A model generated the notes under the pieces. It saw only the letters and a program-made list of their open reading frames with translations, searched no databases and was not told the DNA's origin. A program made the translations under genes and the position numbers. A DNA stretch of 64,000 nt from an uncultured virus (IMG/VR IMGVR_UViG_3300030413_000012) (Duplodnaviria; Heunggongvirae; Uroviricota; Caudoviricetes): IMG/VR virus record IMGVR_UViG_3300030413_000012, one strand, 5' to 3'. Shown piece by piece: positions 9,647-20,978 of the stretch (position 1 is its first letter; each line of letters starts with the position of its first letter).

Positions 9647-9886
9647 TTATTTCTTTTCATTATATTTTTCAATAATATAATTACCATATAGATTATTTAA
9701 ATATGTTCCATCTTTTTTATTTATATTTGTAAAAACAGCAGCATCATCTTTGTGGTTTGATTTACTTTTTTTAATAAAACCAGTATATTTTAAACCATCC
9801 AATTTTAATGAAAATTTATTTTTATTAAATTTTAAATCAGTTAATTTTTCAAAGTTCATTTCATCATCTTTTAATCTGGCTCCCAT
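9647..9886 (-). CDS. hypothetical protein
   Basis: overlaps the stop of the upstream gene. Confidence 0.55.
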   Translation of the reverse strand: MGARLKDDEMNFEKLTDLKFNKNKFSLKLDGLKYTGFIKKSKSNHKDDAAVFTNINKKDGTYLNNLYGNYIIEKYNEKK

Positions 9887-10398
9887 TTTAATATTGGTAT
9901 AGGAATAACATCTCCCAGTGGTTTTTTATTAGATATAGTAATTACAATATCTTTATTTTTAAGATAAAAATAATCTTCAATATAAATATTTGGCTGTTTT
10001 ATAATTTTTTCAATTGATTTTATAATAAATTTTTGATATTCTTTATAATTGTCAAAGTTTTTATGCAAATACATAAAATCAATAATGTCACTATCATCTT
10101 CTTTACTTTTATAATTTGTTTTATATACATTAACAGAAATTTCACTCATTAATTTTTTTTGAATTGGATTTAGTATTTTTTCTATTTTTTGTTTTACTTT
10201 TTTTGTTGTTTTATAGTATTTTCCATAGCTTTTTATATAGTGGTTACTATTGGTTCTATCATAAATATCTTCCTGAATTTCTATTTGACTATAATCTAGA
10301 TTTTTATAATTTGTTTTTGTTGTCATATTTATAAAATAAGCAAAGTATTTAAAATAGTTTATAATCAAATAATAACTTTTAAGGTAATTAATTGTCAT
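9871..10398 (-). CDS. hypothetical protein
   Basis: 175-aa ORF; true start probably the internal MTTK. Confidence 0.6.
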   Translation of the reverse strand: MTINYLKSYYLIINYFKYFAYFINMTTKTNYKNLDYSQIEIQEDIYDRTNSNHYIKSYGKYYKTTKKVKQKIEKILNPIQKKLMSEISVNVYKTNYKSKEDDSDIIDFMYLHKNFDNYKEYQKFIIKSIEKIIKQPNIYIEDYFYLKNKDIVITISNKKPLGDVIPIPILKWEPD

Positions 10399-10411
10399 AA
10401 AACTGATTATT

Positions 10412-10630
10412 ATGAAAACAAAAGATAAGACTGCAAAGAAAAATAAAAAGAAAAAAATAGATAAAATACAATCAATAGAAATGGACCTATATTTTAGTGA
10501 TTTAACACCAGATGCACAGAAAAGATTTTTAAAATTTGAAGGATTGAAATCAGCAGCAGAAGGAAATTATGACATGGATATACTGCCTATTACAACTGTT
10601 GTTAGAGAAGAAGAAGACATAACTGATTGA
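10412..10630 (+). CDS. hypothetical protein
   Basis: 72-aa ORF, basic N-terminus and acidic C-terminus. Confidence 0.6.
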   Translation: MKTKDKTAKKNKKKKIDKIQSIEMDLYFSDLTPDAQKRFLKFEGLKSAAEGNYDMDILPITTVVREEEDITD

Positions 10631-10710
10631 CTTGTCAGCCTATGACAATTTTTTAGACAACTAGTTAAAAAACTGGCAATGGTTGGTCATATAAATTTAT
10701 AAATTTAAGT

Positions 10711-11070
10711 CTAAATTCCAAACCTTTCTGCTTTTTCTTTTAATTCTTTATCCAAAAGGAATTCTTTAGTTTTTTCATATTTTTCTTTAATGAGCTTTAC
10801 CCAATTACCATTTATAAATTTTTTAATTGTTATATTATAACATATTTTAGGATTTTCTGAAAATGGTTCATCATAAAGAAACTCTGAAAAAGTAGCATCA
10901 AGCAATACCTTTGCTGTGTCTAAATCAGTTATAAGCATTTTACTATCTAAGAAATTTTCTTTATAATATAATACAAGTGATACTTTATAGTCTGGAGACA
11001 TAATTGTAACATTATCTGGTTTAAAAAATAGCTTTTTTTCTTTTATTATTTTTAATTGAAGTATTACCAT
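10711..11070 (-). CDS. hypothetical protein
   Basis: 119-aa ORF. Confidence 0.6.
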   Translation of the reverse strand: MVILQLKIIKEKKLFFKPDNVTIMSPDYKVSLVLYYKENFLDSKMLITDLDTAKVLLDATFSEFLYDEPFSENPKICYNITIKKFINGNWVKLIKEKYEKTKEFLLDKELKEKAERFGI

Positions 11071-11184
11071 ATTTGTAAAAATATAAACTCCAAGTTGTAA
11101 CTTTTTTTGCTAATTCTTCAAGTTCATTAAGTTTATTTTCAAGTTCTTTATTTTCTTTTGCCAACTAATCACTTATTATTTTAA

Positions 11185-11565
11185 TTATTTGTAACCTGTA
11201 AAATAATATATTCCACTTTCATTTTTTATTTCAATATTACTTATTTTTACATTTTTTATTGGTGTTTCATAAGCTCTTTCTTCCCTATGTCTCCACCAAG
11301 AATCATCCATTTCTATTTTAAAATTAAAAAGTGCAAGTGGTATTTCTTTTTTAGATATTGGATGATATGTTACCACATAACCCCTTCCATTTTCAGGAAA
11401 TTCATTAAAATCATTAGTATCTGGCACATCACCTGACTTATATTCAAGGCTTCCATCCCCAAATTTCTCAGCAAGGTCTTCAAGTTCCTTTGTTTCTTCA
11501 GGAAATTGCTCTTTAAATTCATCTCTTAAAGTCTCTGTCACAAATCTAAAGCCTTCACTACTCAT
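11185..11565 (-). CDS. hypothetical protein
   Basis: 126-aa ORF. Confidence 0.7.
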   Translation of the reverse strand: MSSEGFRFVTETLRDEFKEQFPEETKELEDLAEKFGDGSLEYKSGDVPDTNDFNEFPENGRGYVVTYHPISKKEIPLALFNFKIEMDDSWWRHREERAYETPIKNVKISNIEIKNESGIYYFTGYK

Positions 11566-11595
11566 TTATATCATCATATTTATTATAAAACCAAC

Positions 11596-11826
11596 TTATT
11601 TAAAGATTACCTTTGCAGGTATTACCTTTACCTTTGCAGGTATTACCTTTACATTTGCAGGTATTACCTTTACATTATTGCTAACCCAAGTATGTATGTC
11701 AGCAACAATATCTTCATCTACATCTTCATTATAGTTGCAACTTATAATTGTATCCTTAAAAACATCATATACAAAAGTTGCCTTTTTTCCTCTTTTTATA
11801 AAGGCTACTTCTATGTAGCCATCCAT
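11596..11826 (-). CDS. hypothetical protein with C-terminal (VKVIPA[N/K]) repeat
   Basis: 76-aa ORF containing a 21-bp tandem repeat. Confidence 0.65.
   Translation of the reverse strand: MDGYIEVAFIKRGKKATFVYDVFKDTIISCNYNEDVDEDIVADIHTWVSNNVKVIPANVKVIPAKVKVIPAKVIFK
11612..11674 (+). repeat. 21-bp intragenic tandem repeat x3
   Basis: TTTGCAGGTATTACCTTTAC(C/A) units. Confidence 0.95.
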
Positions 11827-11834
11827 CCAATCTT

Positions 11835-12209
11835 TTACAATTTTTTTGGCTTGACCACTATACTTGTCTTAACACTTTTGCTTAATCTTTCCTGTATCAT
11901 TTTAGTTGCAAGTCCATCACAAATAGATTTTAAAGCATCTTCAACAAAAACAATATATTCAGCCTTTTCTGCATCAGTATATTTTTTTGGTAATATATTT
12001 GGCTCTTTAAAGTCAACATAAGTTACAATATCATTTTTTAGTTCCTTTTTTTTAGGCACACCCTCAAATACCCTTCTGAAATCTTTTTCCTCAAAATAAA
12101 TTTTTTCAGTTACATCTGGTATATTCTTTTTTGTCTTCCTAACCTTTGGAGCAATTCTTTCATTTCTTATTATCATTTTCAGTTTGCTAAAATCTATTCC
12201 TTCCAACAT
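11835..12209 (-). CDS. hypothetical protein
   Basis: 124-aa ORF. Confidence 0.65.
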   Translation of the reverse strand: MLEGIDFSKLKMIIRNERIAPKVRKTKKNIPDVTEKIYFEEKDFRRVFEGVPKKKELKNDIVTYVDFKEPNILPKKYTDAEKAEYIVFVEDALKSICDGLATKMIQERLSKSVKTSIVVKPKKL

Positions 12210-12241
12210 AATATCACTTATTTATGTTTATGCTAAAGTGT

Positions 12242-12775
12242 TTAAAATACATTATAAAAATAATTATATATTTCTCCCCAATTTTTCATTACTAAAATAT
12301 TTTTATTTAAAGGCAATTCTATTTCTTTTCTTGTTGAAAACAAAATTCCTGTCTGTTTTTTTGAAAGTGTTTTTAATATATCAATCCTGTCATCTATGAG
12401 AATATCACAGTGCTTGTGTTTATCAGAGGGACTTACATGCCAAAATTCTGAATACATTATATTTTTTAACTTTAACCACCTTTTAATATTTTCTGTGTTT
12501 CCATAAGTAGATGTTATTATTACAATCTTATATTTTTGAGAAAGAGTTTTAACATAAAATGGTATATTTTCATCATATAATTTAACTTTTTTCCAGTTAG
12601 CCCATTTATAATTAAAATAAGTTCCCATTGCAAATTTAATTATCTTTTCAAAAACACCATTTTCTGTTGCAACTTTGTTATACATCTTTCTTAATAGTTC
12701 TTTTTGTGAAGTTGAAAAACTACTTTCCAGTGATTTTGAAAGGACTCCATCCACATCTATTCCAAGTGTTTGCAT
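12242..12775 (-). CDS. HAD-superfamily 5'(3')-deoxyribonucleotidase (NT5C-like)
   Basis: GIDVDGVL motif I, ITS motif II, DILIDD motif IV. Confidence 0.85.
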   Translation of the reverse strand: MQTLGIDVDGVLSKSLESSFSTSQKELLRKMYNKVATENGVFEKIIKFAMGTYFNYKWANWKKVKLYDENIPFYVKTLSQKYKIVIITSTYGNTENIKRWLKLKNIMYSEFWHVSPSDKHKHCDILIDDRIDILKTLSKKQTGILFSTRKEIELPLNKNILVMKNWGEIYNYFYNVF

Positions 12776-12861
12776 GTATTATCACTTGCATGTATATTTT
12801 AAATTATTATTATTTTAAAATAACATTTTCATTTTTTCTGAAATATCAAAATATAGTATAG

Positions 12862-13554
12862 TTAGAGTTTCTTTTGTTTTTTATCAGTTATTACTTTTGC
12901 CAGTTTAAAAACATCTTGATTATTTTTAACAAAATGATTTCTTGCTTCTATAAAGGCTGTTGTAGATATTTTTGATTGCCACTCATAAACAGCATCTCTT
13001 ATTTCATCTTCTACTAAATTAAGATTTAAAAATAAACCAGAAATTGATTGTGCTTTTAAAATAGCATATTTTGCATTTCTTTTATAATCCTTAATATTTT
13101 CTTTTTCAAAATCTTCATAATCAAGGTTGACATTTTCCTCTGTTTCTTCTATTATTTCATTTAGCTGTTCATTTGTTAGATTTGGAAATTCATCAAGTAA
13201 ATCATCTTTATATGATTCATAATCAACTGACTCATATAAATTTCCAAAATGCCATGCATTATTGTCTCCAGAAATCTCATATAAACCATTTCCTGTTTTT
13301 AGAGAATTTAGTAACATTGTTTTTATTTTTAATAATGTTATATTACCTTCTGTTATTTGTTTGTCTAATTCTCTTGCAAACTCAACACTATATTTTGAAT
13401 TTTTGCATCTTATCATGAAACCCATTAAATCTGAATCATCACCACTCCAAAACCAACCAGCATCAGTCATGTTTCCAAGTGTCAATTTCATTTTTCCATT
13501 ATCATATTCCATTTTTATATTGTTAGATATTTCTATTCTAAAGTTCATGTTCAC
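12862..13554 (-). CDS. hypothetical acidic protein
   Basis: 230-aa ORF. Confidence 0.75.
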   Translation of the reverse strand: MNMNFRIEISNNIKMEYDNGKMKLTLGNMTDAGWFWSGDDSDLMGFMIRCKNSKYSVEFARELDKQITEGNITLLKIKTMLLNSLKTGNGLYEISGDNNAWHFGNLYESVDYESYKDDLLDEFPNLTNEQLNEIIEETEENVNLDYEDFEKENIKDYKRNAKYAILKAQSISGLFLNLNLVEDEIRDAVYEWQSKISTTAFIEARNHFVKNNQDVFKLAKVITDKKQKKL

Positions 13555-13598
13555 ACCTTATCAATATATTTTTTAATAGTTTATTATTTATTCTTCAG

Positions 13599-13844
13599 CT
13601 ATTCTTTTCTTTTTAATACTTCAATTATATCTTTTATCATATCATTATATAAATATATGGTTTCTGCTTCTCCATAAAAGTCCTTATTGGTGATAGATAT
13701 TCCTTTAACTTTATCATTATATTTAGTAATTTCAACATAATACTCTCCAAAATCATAGTCTTTTAGTCCACCAATTATAGTATATATTATGTTTCCATCT
13801 TTGTCAATCTTTCTCTTAACATTTTCTATTTTTAGTTTTTACAT
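13599..13844 (-). pseudogene. hypothetical gene with stop at codon 2
   Basis: ATG TAA followed by 79 open codons (KLKIENVKRKIDKDG...VLKRKE). Confidence 0.55.
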
Positions 13845-13862
13845 GTTATCATCTATATACTG

Positions 13863-14150
13863 TTATTTAGTATTTAAAACCTTTTCTCTATAATAAGCTT
13901 TTGTTATTTGTCTAGCTACAACTCTGTTAAAATTTGTTAATTCTTGCTGTAGTTCTTTTTTATATATTTCTTTATGAGCCCTTACCTTTTTCAACCCAGC
14001 TGTATAAATGTTCACTAAAGAGAGAGATGTAAATTTATCTAAGCTATGATTATTATAAGATTCTATAATATAAGATAAATTATCTTGTATAGTTTTTTCA
14101 AGAATGTTGCTATTTATTAAGTTTTCAATCTCTTTATATTTTTCATTCAT
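13863..14150 (-). CDS. hypothetical protein
   Basis: 95-aa ORF. Confidence 0.6.
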   Translation of the reverse strand: MNEKYKEIENLINSNILEKTIQDNLSYIIESYNNHSLDKFTSLSLVNIYTAGLKKVRAHKEIYKKELQQELTNFNRVVARQITKAYYREKVLNTK

Positions 14151-14200
14151 TTTAATACCCCTTTGTCATATATTTAATAAATATATGCATACACAAATAT

Positions 14201-14962
14201 TTAATGTTTTCTTATTAGATTATAAGAATAAACCTGTGTTATTTTGGTCTTTTCTTTATTAAGCTCACAATTATTTAAAATTATATTATATGCAGTAGTT
14301 ATTGATTCATCTTTTATAATAAAAGCATCATCAATTTCTAATTTGCCAGTATCATCTGTTACAAATAATTTATCATTTTCAATAACAGGTGTTCCTCTTA
14401 TATTTAAGAAAGGTTTATTTAGTTTAATATCTTTTATCTTTGTATAAAATATATTTTCATCAGAAAGATATTTTTTTATAATATCAGTTGAAATAGCTTT
14501 TTTTGATAAAGAAAATGCTTTTTGTGGTTGGCTTAAACACCTATTACATCTTGTGTAAATCCAACCTGTTTGTTTTAGCTGACCATTTTCAACAAGTTTT
14601 CCACAGGATTCACATATTTTTGAAGAAAGAGATTCTGCCCTTGAAATAATTTCATCTTCTTTTTCAGTTGAGCCATAGACATAAAATCTTAGTGTGCCAA
14701 ATTTTTCTTTTACTTCTTCAACAACAATGTTTTTATTATTTTCAATTTGTGAGCAGAGAACATCAATTAAATTAAACCAGCCATTGCCACACATTAAGCC
14801 AAAAACCAATAAATCTGTTATTGGCTGAATCTCTTTCTCATAAATTGAAGGATTCCATATTTCCATATTTTGCTCAATAATATTTTTGATAATATTTTTG
14901 TTTTGTTTTGGCTGTAATATTGGATGTTTTCTTTCAAGTATTAGTTCATATTTTTTATCCAT
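14201..14962 (-). CDS. phage-type conserved protein (GW / KEKFGxLRFY / CxxC motifs) with possible C-terminal OB-like segment
   Basis: NGWFNLI, VKEKFGTLRFY, CESCG, CNRC; tail IKDIK...VTDDTGKLEI. Confidence 0.7.
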   Translation of the reverse strand: MDKKYELILERKHPILQPKQNKNIIKNIIEQNMEIWNPSIYEKEIQPITDLLVFGLMCGNGWFNLIDVLCSQIENNKNIVVEEVKEKFGTLRFYVYGSTEKEDEIISRAESLSSKICESCGKLVENGQLKQTGWIYTRCNRCLSQPQKAFSLSKKAISTDIIKKYLSDENIFYTKIKDIKLNKPFLNIRGTPVIENDKLFVTDDTGKLEIDDAFIIKDESITTAYNIILNNCELNKEKTKITQVYSYNLIRKH

Positions 14963-14976
14963 TTACATCACAGGTT

Positions 14977-15237
14977 TTAGATACAATTATCTTCAACAAT
15001 ATATTTATTTAAGTCTTTTTCATAATCCTTCTGCATTTTTTTTATTTTTGCATCAATTTTTCCTGCTTGTTTTTCTAATTGTCTTTTATATATTTCTTCA
15101 AAAAGATATTCATTAAGTAGAGTGTCATTGTCTGAAAAAGATTTGCCAATTGATAAACAATAACCAACTGTTTCATACTCTTCTAAAAGCTCTTCATCAG
15201 ACATTGTTTTAATATTTTCTTTTTCTAACTCAAGCAT
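14977..15237 (-). CDS. hypothetical protein
   Basis: 86-aa helical ORF; resembles 25520..25768 (IKxMxDxELL). Confidence 0.6.
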   Translation of the reverse strand: MLELEKENIKTMSDEELLEEYETVGYCLSIGKSFSDNDTLLNEYLFEEIYKRQLEKQAGKIDAKIKKMQKDYEKDLNKYIVEDNCI

Positions 15238-15338
15238 ACTGTAACCAATTAAACTTCAGTTTTTTCATTAAATTCTTTTTTATATTCTGGTTCTTTACTA
15301 CATCCATTATTTTTTCTATTTCTGTTTTTACCATTTTA

Positions 15339-15728
15339 TCACTTAATAAAATTATCATCTTTATCTTTATTCTTCAGCCACACCTCATAAACTGATGTTG
15401 GAGAGTGCCCCAAATAAACAGTTTCTCTTATTGAGTTTTTTTCATATGTTGTTATTTTATATTTTTTAAGAATTGTTTCAATAATATCTGTAAATTTCTT
15501 TTCTGGTAAATAATATTTAAAAAACCAGTTGCTTTTATCTCCTGCATATTTCTTTTTTACAAGTTCATAATCAATGCTTGGTGTGGCTTCTGCAAATAGT
15601 TTGGTATATATTTCATCTACAATTTTAAATAATTTATCTCTGCTTGTCATTAAATCTCCCTTTTTCTTTTTCAGTGTTTGCTGCCATTTTATTATCAATT
15701 GATACTCATTCTGTTTACTTAAAAACAA
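15339..15728 (-). CDS. hypothetical protein
   Basis: ORF; likely start at internal MTSR. Confidence 0.6.
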   Translation of the reverse strand: MFLSKQNEYQLIIKWQQTLKKKKGDLMTSRDKLFKIVDEIYTKLFAEATPSIDYELVKKKYAGDKSNWFFKYYLPEKKFTDIIETILKKYKITTYEKNSIRETVYLGHSPTSVYEVWLKNKDKDDNFIK

Positions 15729-16084
15729 TACAATATTGTAATACCTAATATTTATAGATTATGCTATAAATAATTTTATGTGAATATAATCAAAAACAAG
15801 AGATTATTTATAAAGAAGTCTTCTTGCAAAATATTTCAAATAAACTTGAACTAGGATTTTGTCCATCATCAGAATTTTTGTTTATTCTAATAGAATCTTT
15901 ATTATTCATAAAATGCACCAGCTTGATTTATTCATTTTTTTAATAAATTATGCTGCTTTCATATCAGACTTATCTGTTTTTTAATTATTTCACAGTCTCT
16001 TTTATTATAAGCAGATATATCACCAATAAATTTTAATCAACAACATTATATATAAAAGTATTTAAAATGTTTATTTTGATTTAA

Positions 16085-17776
16085 TTAAAGAAGTTTATTA
16101 ACAGCCTCTTCCATTTCATTCTTTGAAAAATTAAATCCAAGTTTTTCAACACTATTTTTTTCTCCAGTCAAAGCACTTGAATATGCTATTTTTTTCATAA
16201 GTATTTTTTTAACAGTTTCATCAAATTTTGTGTTTGTTAACAAATAATAAACATTTACTTTATCAGTTGTTGATGTTTTTCTTATCATTCTATATGTTCT
16301 TTGCCTTATTTTGCTTGCAAGAAGGGGTAGGTCATAATGCACCATTGCAGTTGTTGTTTCAAGATTTATTCCATAGGCAAGAATATCTGATGTGACTAAA
16401 ATGTTTATTTCTTTTGAGTCTTTGTATTCTTTTATTTTTACTTCTCTTTCTGTCTTTTTTAAATCAGAAGTTATACTAATAACCTTGAATCCATCATTTT
16501 GCAATTGAATTGTTAATTTATTCAAAATCAGTCTATATGAAGTAAATACAACCAGTTTTTCATTTATTTTTTCATTGAGTAGTTTTTTTAATTCATCATA
16601 TTTTTTACTGGATATTTCTTTTTCAGGCATGTTGTAATTAGCATCATCTAAAACAAGCCTTGTTCTCTGAAACATGTCTAAAAGCATGTTTGTGTCTGAT
16701 TTATATTTTTTAAACATGAGTTCCTGCCTTAGTTTTTGTAGTTCAAGACCCTGTTCTTTGCTAAGGTCAACAAATATATCTTTTACTATAATGTTTATTT
16801 TATTTAGTTCAGTGCCAACATCCTCTCTTGTTCTTTTTAGAAAGTATGGTTCAATTTCTTTAATTAGTTGTGATAAATTTTTAAAAAGAACAGGCTTTTT
16901 GATTATTTTGTTTCCAAAATGAAGAGTTTTGTAAACAACATAGTTGTTTACAAAGGTATCATATTCAAAAATATTAGTAAAGGTGTTTACTATATAAAAA
17001 AGGTCTAAAGGATGTTTTTCAACAATTTCACCAGACAATAACCAGTAATATTTTGCTTTAATCTTCATTAAACCAGTTCTTGCTTGTGTTGGATTTCTAA
17101 GAATACTTGCTTCATCACACACAATAATATCTGGATTAAATTTTATGTATTCTTCAAGATTTTTAGACCTTAATTGTTCATAATTTATTATTGTTGTATT
17201 TTTTTCAAATTCAGGATTATCATAAGAAAAAACATTTATTGTTTTTTGCCATGCTGAAATTGTGCTGGGCAAAACAACAATCAAAATCTTATTTATTTTT
17301 TTGGAATCAAATAAAAGTTTTAATGCAATAACTGTTTCAACTGTTTTGCCAAGACCTAAATCATCACCAAGTATTGCAAAGGTTCTATTCAAAAGAAAAT
17401 GAACACCATCAATTTGATATTTTGCAATTTCAAAATTGAAATCAGGATTTTTAACATCAAGGTCTGTTTTTATTTTATTCATTTTTTCTTCAACAAAATC
17501 CTTGTTAAAATTATTGGTTACATATAATTTTTCAATAGTTTGTTCTTCAAAACTTATGTTGTTTAAAAGAAAAGCAGTTTCTAAGTCTTTCTTTTTATCT
17601 TTTTGTAAAACCCAGAGTTTTGTTATTGGCTGATATTTGCACCCAAATTCTTTTAATATTTCATTTATTTTTTTATCAATAACATCAAATTTAAAACTAT
17701 TATTTTTTATTGAAATAATATTATTATTTTCAAATATTGTTATTTTTTGCATATTAGCCACTTTGAACATTACCAA
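16085..17776 (-). CDS. SNF2-family helicase/ATPase
   Basis: ILGDDLGLGKT, INYEQL, CDEAS, LLSG, YGINL, QRTYRMIR motifs. Confidence 0.9.
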   Translation of the reverse strand: MVMFKVANMQKITIFENNNIISIKNNSFKFDVIDKKINEILKEFGCKYQPITKLWVLQKDKKKDLETAFLLNNISFEEQTIEKLYVTNNFNKDFVEEKMNKIKTDLDVKNPDFNFEIAKYQIDGVHFLLNRTFAILGDDLGLGKTVETVIALKLLFDSKKINKILIVVLPSTISAWQKTINVFSYDNPEFEKNTTIINYEQLRSKNLEEYIKFNPDIIVCDEASILRNPTQARTGLMKIKAKYYWLLSGEIVEKHPLDLFYIVNTFTNIFEYDTFVNNYVVYKTLHFGNKIIKKPVLFKNLSQLIKEIEPYFLKRTREDVGTELNKINIIVKDIFVDLSKEQGLELQKLRQELMFKKYKSDTNMLLDMFQRTRLVLDDANYNMPEKEISSKKYDELKKLLNEKINEKLVVFTSYRLILNKLTIQLQNDGFKVISITSDLKKTEREVKIKEYKDSKEINILVTSDILAYGINLETTTAMVHYDLPLLASKIRQRTYRMIRKTSTTDKVNVYYLLTNTKFDETVKKILMKKIAYSSALTGEKNSVEKLGFNFSKNEMEEAVNKLL

Positions 17777-20700
17777 TTGTTATGCTTGGCATAATACCAT
17801 TTGGTGGAACAAGTCTTGTTCTTATCCAATAAATTGGTCCAATTGTTTCACCACTTGATTGTGAAATAAAACCTAAATGCCCAGACCATCCAGAATAATC
17901 AATTCCAGAAATGGTTGCTTTATTACCATAATTTGAAAATCCATTTAATGTTGTAGATGTTGAATAAACTGTTGGTAATTCTATACTATAAATAACACTA
18001 TTGGTATTTGGTAAATTTAATGCTGGAGAATCAGCATAAATATCACTTCCAGATGAACCCCATGCCACTAATCCATCATGTGGCACACCACTAAATCCAA
18101 AATTTCCAATTCCACCAAAATTATTGTTATCATTTGAACTATTAATTAATCCTAAAAGGACAAGATTGTTTACCCCAGTTTTTCCAGATACATCCATTTC
18201 ACCATAAAAATCAAGTATTATTGGACCAGTTGTTGTATATGTTGTTGTGTATATTTCTGGTGGACTAGTGCCTGATTCACTTGATTCAGGGTTTACTGTG
18301 ATTCCATTTGATACAACATAGTTATTATTTGTTCCATAATAAGCAGTCCATTTGCTTGTGTTTAAACTTGTTCCTTTGAAGTTAGAATAAAAATTAAATA
18401 CTTTAGCACCATTATCATATTGTCCATATGTTGAGGTCATATTTGGTGCTTCTCCTGCATAATTTTTATCATAATTAACTGTTTTTTGCTCAAAGGTCAT
18501 GTTTATAACTGCACTTGAACTTCCATTTATAACAAATGGTAGCTTAACCCAAAAAACAGTATTTGTAGAAGTATTAGAACATCCAGACTCACACCAAGAA
18601 TACAATTCAGTTGTTCCATAATAAAATCTTATGTTTCCTAAATTCCCATTTTCATAAGAAGAATATGTTGAAGGATTAAAAATGATTTGTTGTTGAAATC
18701 CTGATAATGTTGCAACTGTTTGTGAATTTGTTAATGTAATTGGTGAAAAATAAAATTTTGGTATAAAATTTGCTGTTTCTGTTATTGGATTATTTATTGT
18801 AAATGTAGTTATAGAATTTGTTCCACTATAACTTCCTGCACCAGTTCCTGTATAATTTTTAAACATACCAGTTGTTGAATTTACTGCTGTCAGTGTTATT
18901 TTTTGGTTTAATGGAACATAATAATTACAGGTTGTTTTGCAGGTTGATGTTGTGCCATTTGCAAAAGTTATTTGCACAGAAGTTCCTGAAACTGAAGATG
19001 TTGAATTATGAATAATTAAAGTAAATGGTGCTTCTCCATTATTATAGTCCCCTTCTAATGTGCAATTTGCATAAGAAGCTTTCATTACAAAGTTTCCAGT
19101 ATTTGTTGTGCCTATAATTTTATTACACAAACTTACATTCTTAAATGTATATAAATTTCCAACAGGAGAAGTGTATGTTGAAAGAAAAGTATAATTATAA
19201 TTATAAGAAGCATCAAATAATGCAGATGTGTTTGTAGTATAAGTTGTTTTATTTATAACTACACTCATACCACCATAACTTGTATTTATAAATAGGTTAT
19301 ATGGTGCAATTACATGAACAACAGAAACAGGACTAACTGCTGAAAAGTTTCCAGTTGAACCTTCTGCTTTTGCACAATAATAGGTTGTATTTTTAGGTGT
19401 AACAGTTGCTAATGTTGAGTTATCAATTACAGAAAATCCACTTGTTAAAGCAGTTGTGCAGGTTGTATTTGTATAACCATAATACCAATAAGCAGTATAT
19501 GGTGGTTTATAACCCAAAATATTACTGGTTAAATTTATTGATTGTCCTATGTTAATGGTTGAATTAAATGGTGTTGGCTGTGTTATATTCATTATAAATT
19601 GATTTAGATAGAATTCACTTGCTGGACTTTTTGTAATAGAACCATTTCTATCTTCAACTGTGTAATAAAAACTATAATTACCAGTTAAATTAGCAGATGA
19701 AGTAACAAAAGTTGTATTAGCTGTTTGTGTTGTTTTATATAAACTGTATAAATTATTATTTGGTGCTTTTTCATACCATTTGAAATTGAAATAGGTTGGA
19801 ACTCCACCAGTTGGGTGTGCTTGTAAATCTTCTGTTATTCTTTGATATGCTGGTATTGGTTTAAAGGTTATTGGTTTTCCAACAAGTAATGGATTTATAT
19901 TTCCAATGTATAGGTAAATTGGACCTGAACCATTTATTGTTATGCTTTTTTGTGCAACAAAATGATTGAAACTTGAAAATTCTGCAATATATTTTCCATT
20001 TTTAACAGTTATATGTGTTCCATTATCTGAAATTGGAAAAGAATAATTTGATATTCCAACAAGTGTGCTTTCTCCTGGAACAACAATATCATTAGCTGTT
20101 TCAATATAAAACACTGGTCTGCTTGTTTTATAAAATTTAAGTTTTATTGTTGAATTTACTGGACCAAAATAAGTCCCATTTTCTATATTAGTATTTGTGC
20201 ATTTTTCATAACAATATGTTATATTTATCATTTTTCCTGAATAAGGAATATTAATGATATTGTTGTATGTTCCTGATGCTATGTTGTAATTATTATATGA
20301 TTGTATATTATTAATCTTTATATTTATTTCATTTGTTGGAATAAAAGTTTGTGTTCCATTTTGTATTAAAAAACTAATATTTAATGTTTTTATTGTCAAT
20401 GGTAATGTATAGTTTGTTCCAACAAAATAAGGTTTATATACATTAAAATAGGATGACATTAGCTTTAGACTATTTATATCACTTGTAATAGGAAAATAGT
20501 AGGTTGAAAGATTCTGAAATAAGGGTTGAGTTAATTTTCCATTTATATAAACATAAGTTGAAGAATACATGTTTTTGATTTCTAATAATTTTTGTTGAAT
20601 TAATGGTATTGTTTTTACATAATAAAGATTAGTAGAATAAATAACCAGATTACCAGAAATTGTATTTGGTTGAATAAAAAATCTGCTTACTCCATTTGGT

Positions 20701-20978
20701 ATCACTGTTAAAGAAAGTGTTTTAATATAAGACTTTCCTGTGGAGGTAAAACCAGTAAATGTTCCTCTTCCTATTGAAATGGGTCCACCACTATTCACAA
20801 CAAATAAAGTTGAATTTTCTAAATAGAATGATACACTGGTGGTTAAAGCTGAGTCAAAATAAGTGATGGATTGCTGTGCATTGTAGGCTGTTATAGCTGG
20901 TAATATAAAAAATACTGTAACAAATATCAGCAATAATCCAAACATAAATATTATTGCCTGTTCAACAACTTCCTCCAT
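17754..20978 (-). CDS. large membrane-anchored surface protein with C-terminal DUF2341 domain
   Basis: N-terminal TM helix, T/S/N-rich beta repeats, NLGNIRFY...LYSWCESG...FWVKLP and YGQYDNGAKVF motifs. Confidence 0.8.
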   Translation of the reverse strand: MEEVVEQAIIFMFGLLLIFVTVFFILPAITAYNAQQSITYFDSALTTSVSFYLENSTLFVVNSGGPISIGRGTFTGFTSTGKSYIKTLSLTVIPNGVSRFFIQPNTISGNLVIYSTNLYYVKTIPLIQQKLLEIKNMYSSTYVYINGKLTQPLFQNLSTYYFPITSDINSLKLMSSYFNVYKPYFVGTNYTLPLTIKTLNISFLIQNGTQTFIPTNEINIKINNIQSYNNYNIASGTYNNIINIPYSGKMINITYCYEKCTNTNIENGTYFGPVNSTIKLKFYKTSRPVFYIETANDIVVPGESTLVGISNYSFPISDNGTHITVKNGKYIAEFSSFNHFVAQKSITINGSGPIYLYIGNINPLLVGKPITFKPIPAYQRITEDLQAHPTGGVPTYFNFKWYEKAPNNNLYSLYKTTQTANTTFVTSSANLTGNYSFYYTVEDRNGSITKSPASEFYLNQFIMNITQPTPFNSTINIGQSINLTSNILGYKPPYTAYWYYGYTNTTCTTALTSGFSVIDNSTLATVTPKNTTYYCAKAEGSTGNFSAVSPVSVVHVIAPYNLFINTSYGGMSVVINKTTYTTNTSALFDASYNYNYTFLSTYTSPVGNLYTFKNVSLCNKIIGTTNTGNFVMKASYANCTLEGDYNNGEAPFTLIIHNSTSSVSGTSVQITFANGTTSTCKTTCNYYVPLNQKITLTAVNSTTGMFKNYTGTGAGSYSGTNSITTFTINNPITETANFIPKFYFSPITLTNSQTVATLSGFQQQIIFNPSTYSSYENGNLGNIRFYYGTTELYSWCESGCSNTSTNTVFWVKLPFVINGSSSAVINMTFEQKTVNYDKNYAGEAPNMTSTYGQYDNGAKVFNFYSNFKGTSLNTSKWTAYYGTNNNYVVSNGITVNPESSESGTSPPEIYTTTYTTTGPIILDFYGEMDVSGKTGVNNLVLLGLINSSNDNNNFGGIGNFGFSGVPHDGLVAWGSSGSDIYADSPALNLPNTNSVIYSIELPTVYSTSTTLNGFSNYGNKATISGIDYSGWSGHLGFISQSSGETIGPIYWIRTRLVPPNGIMPSITIGNVQSG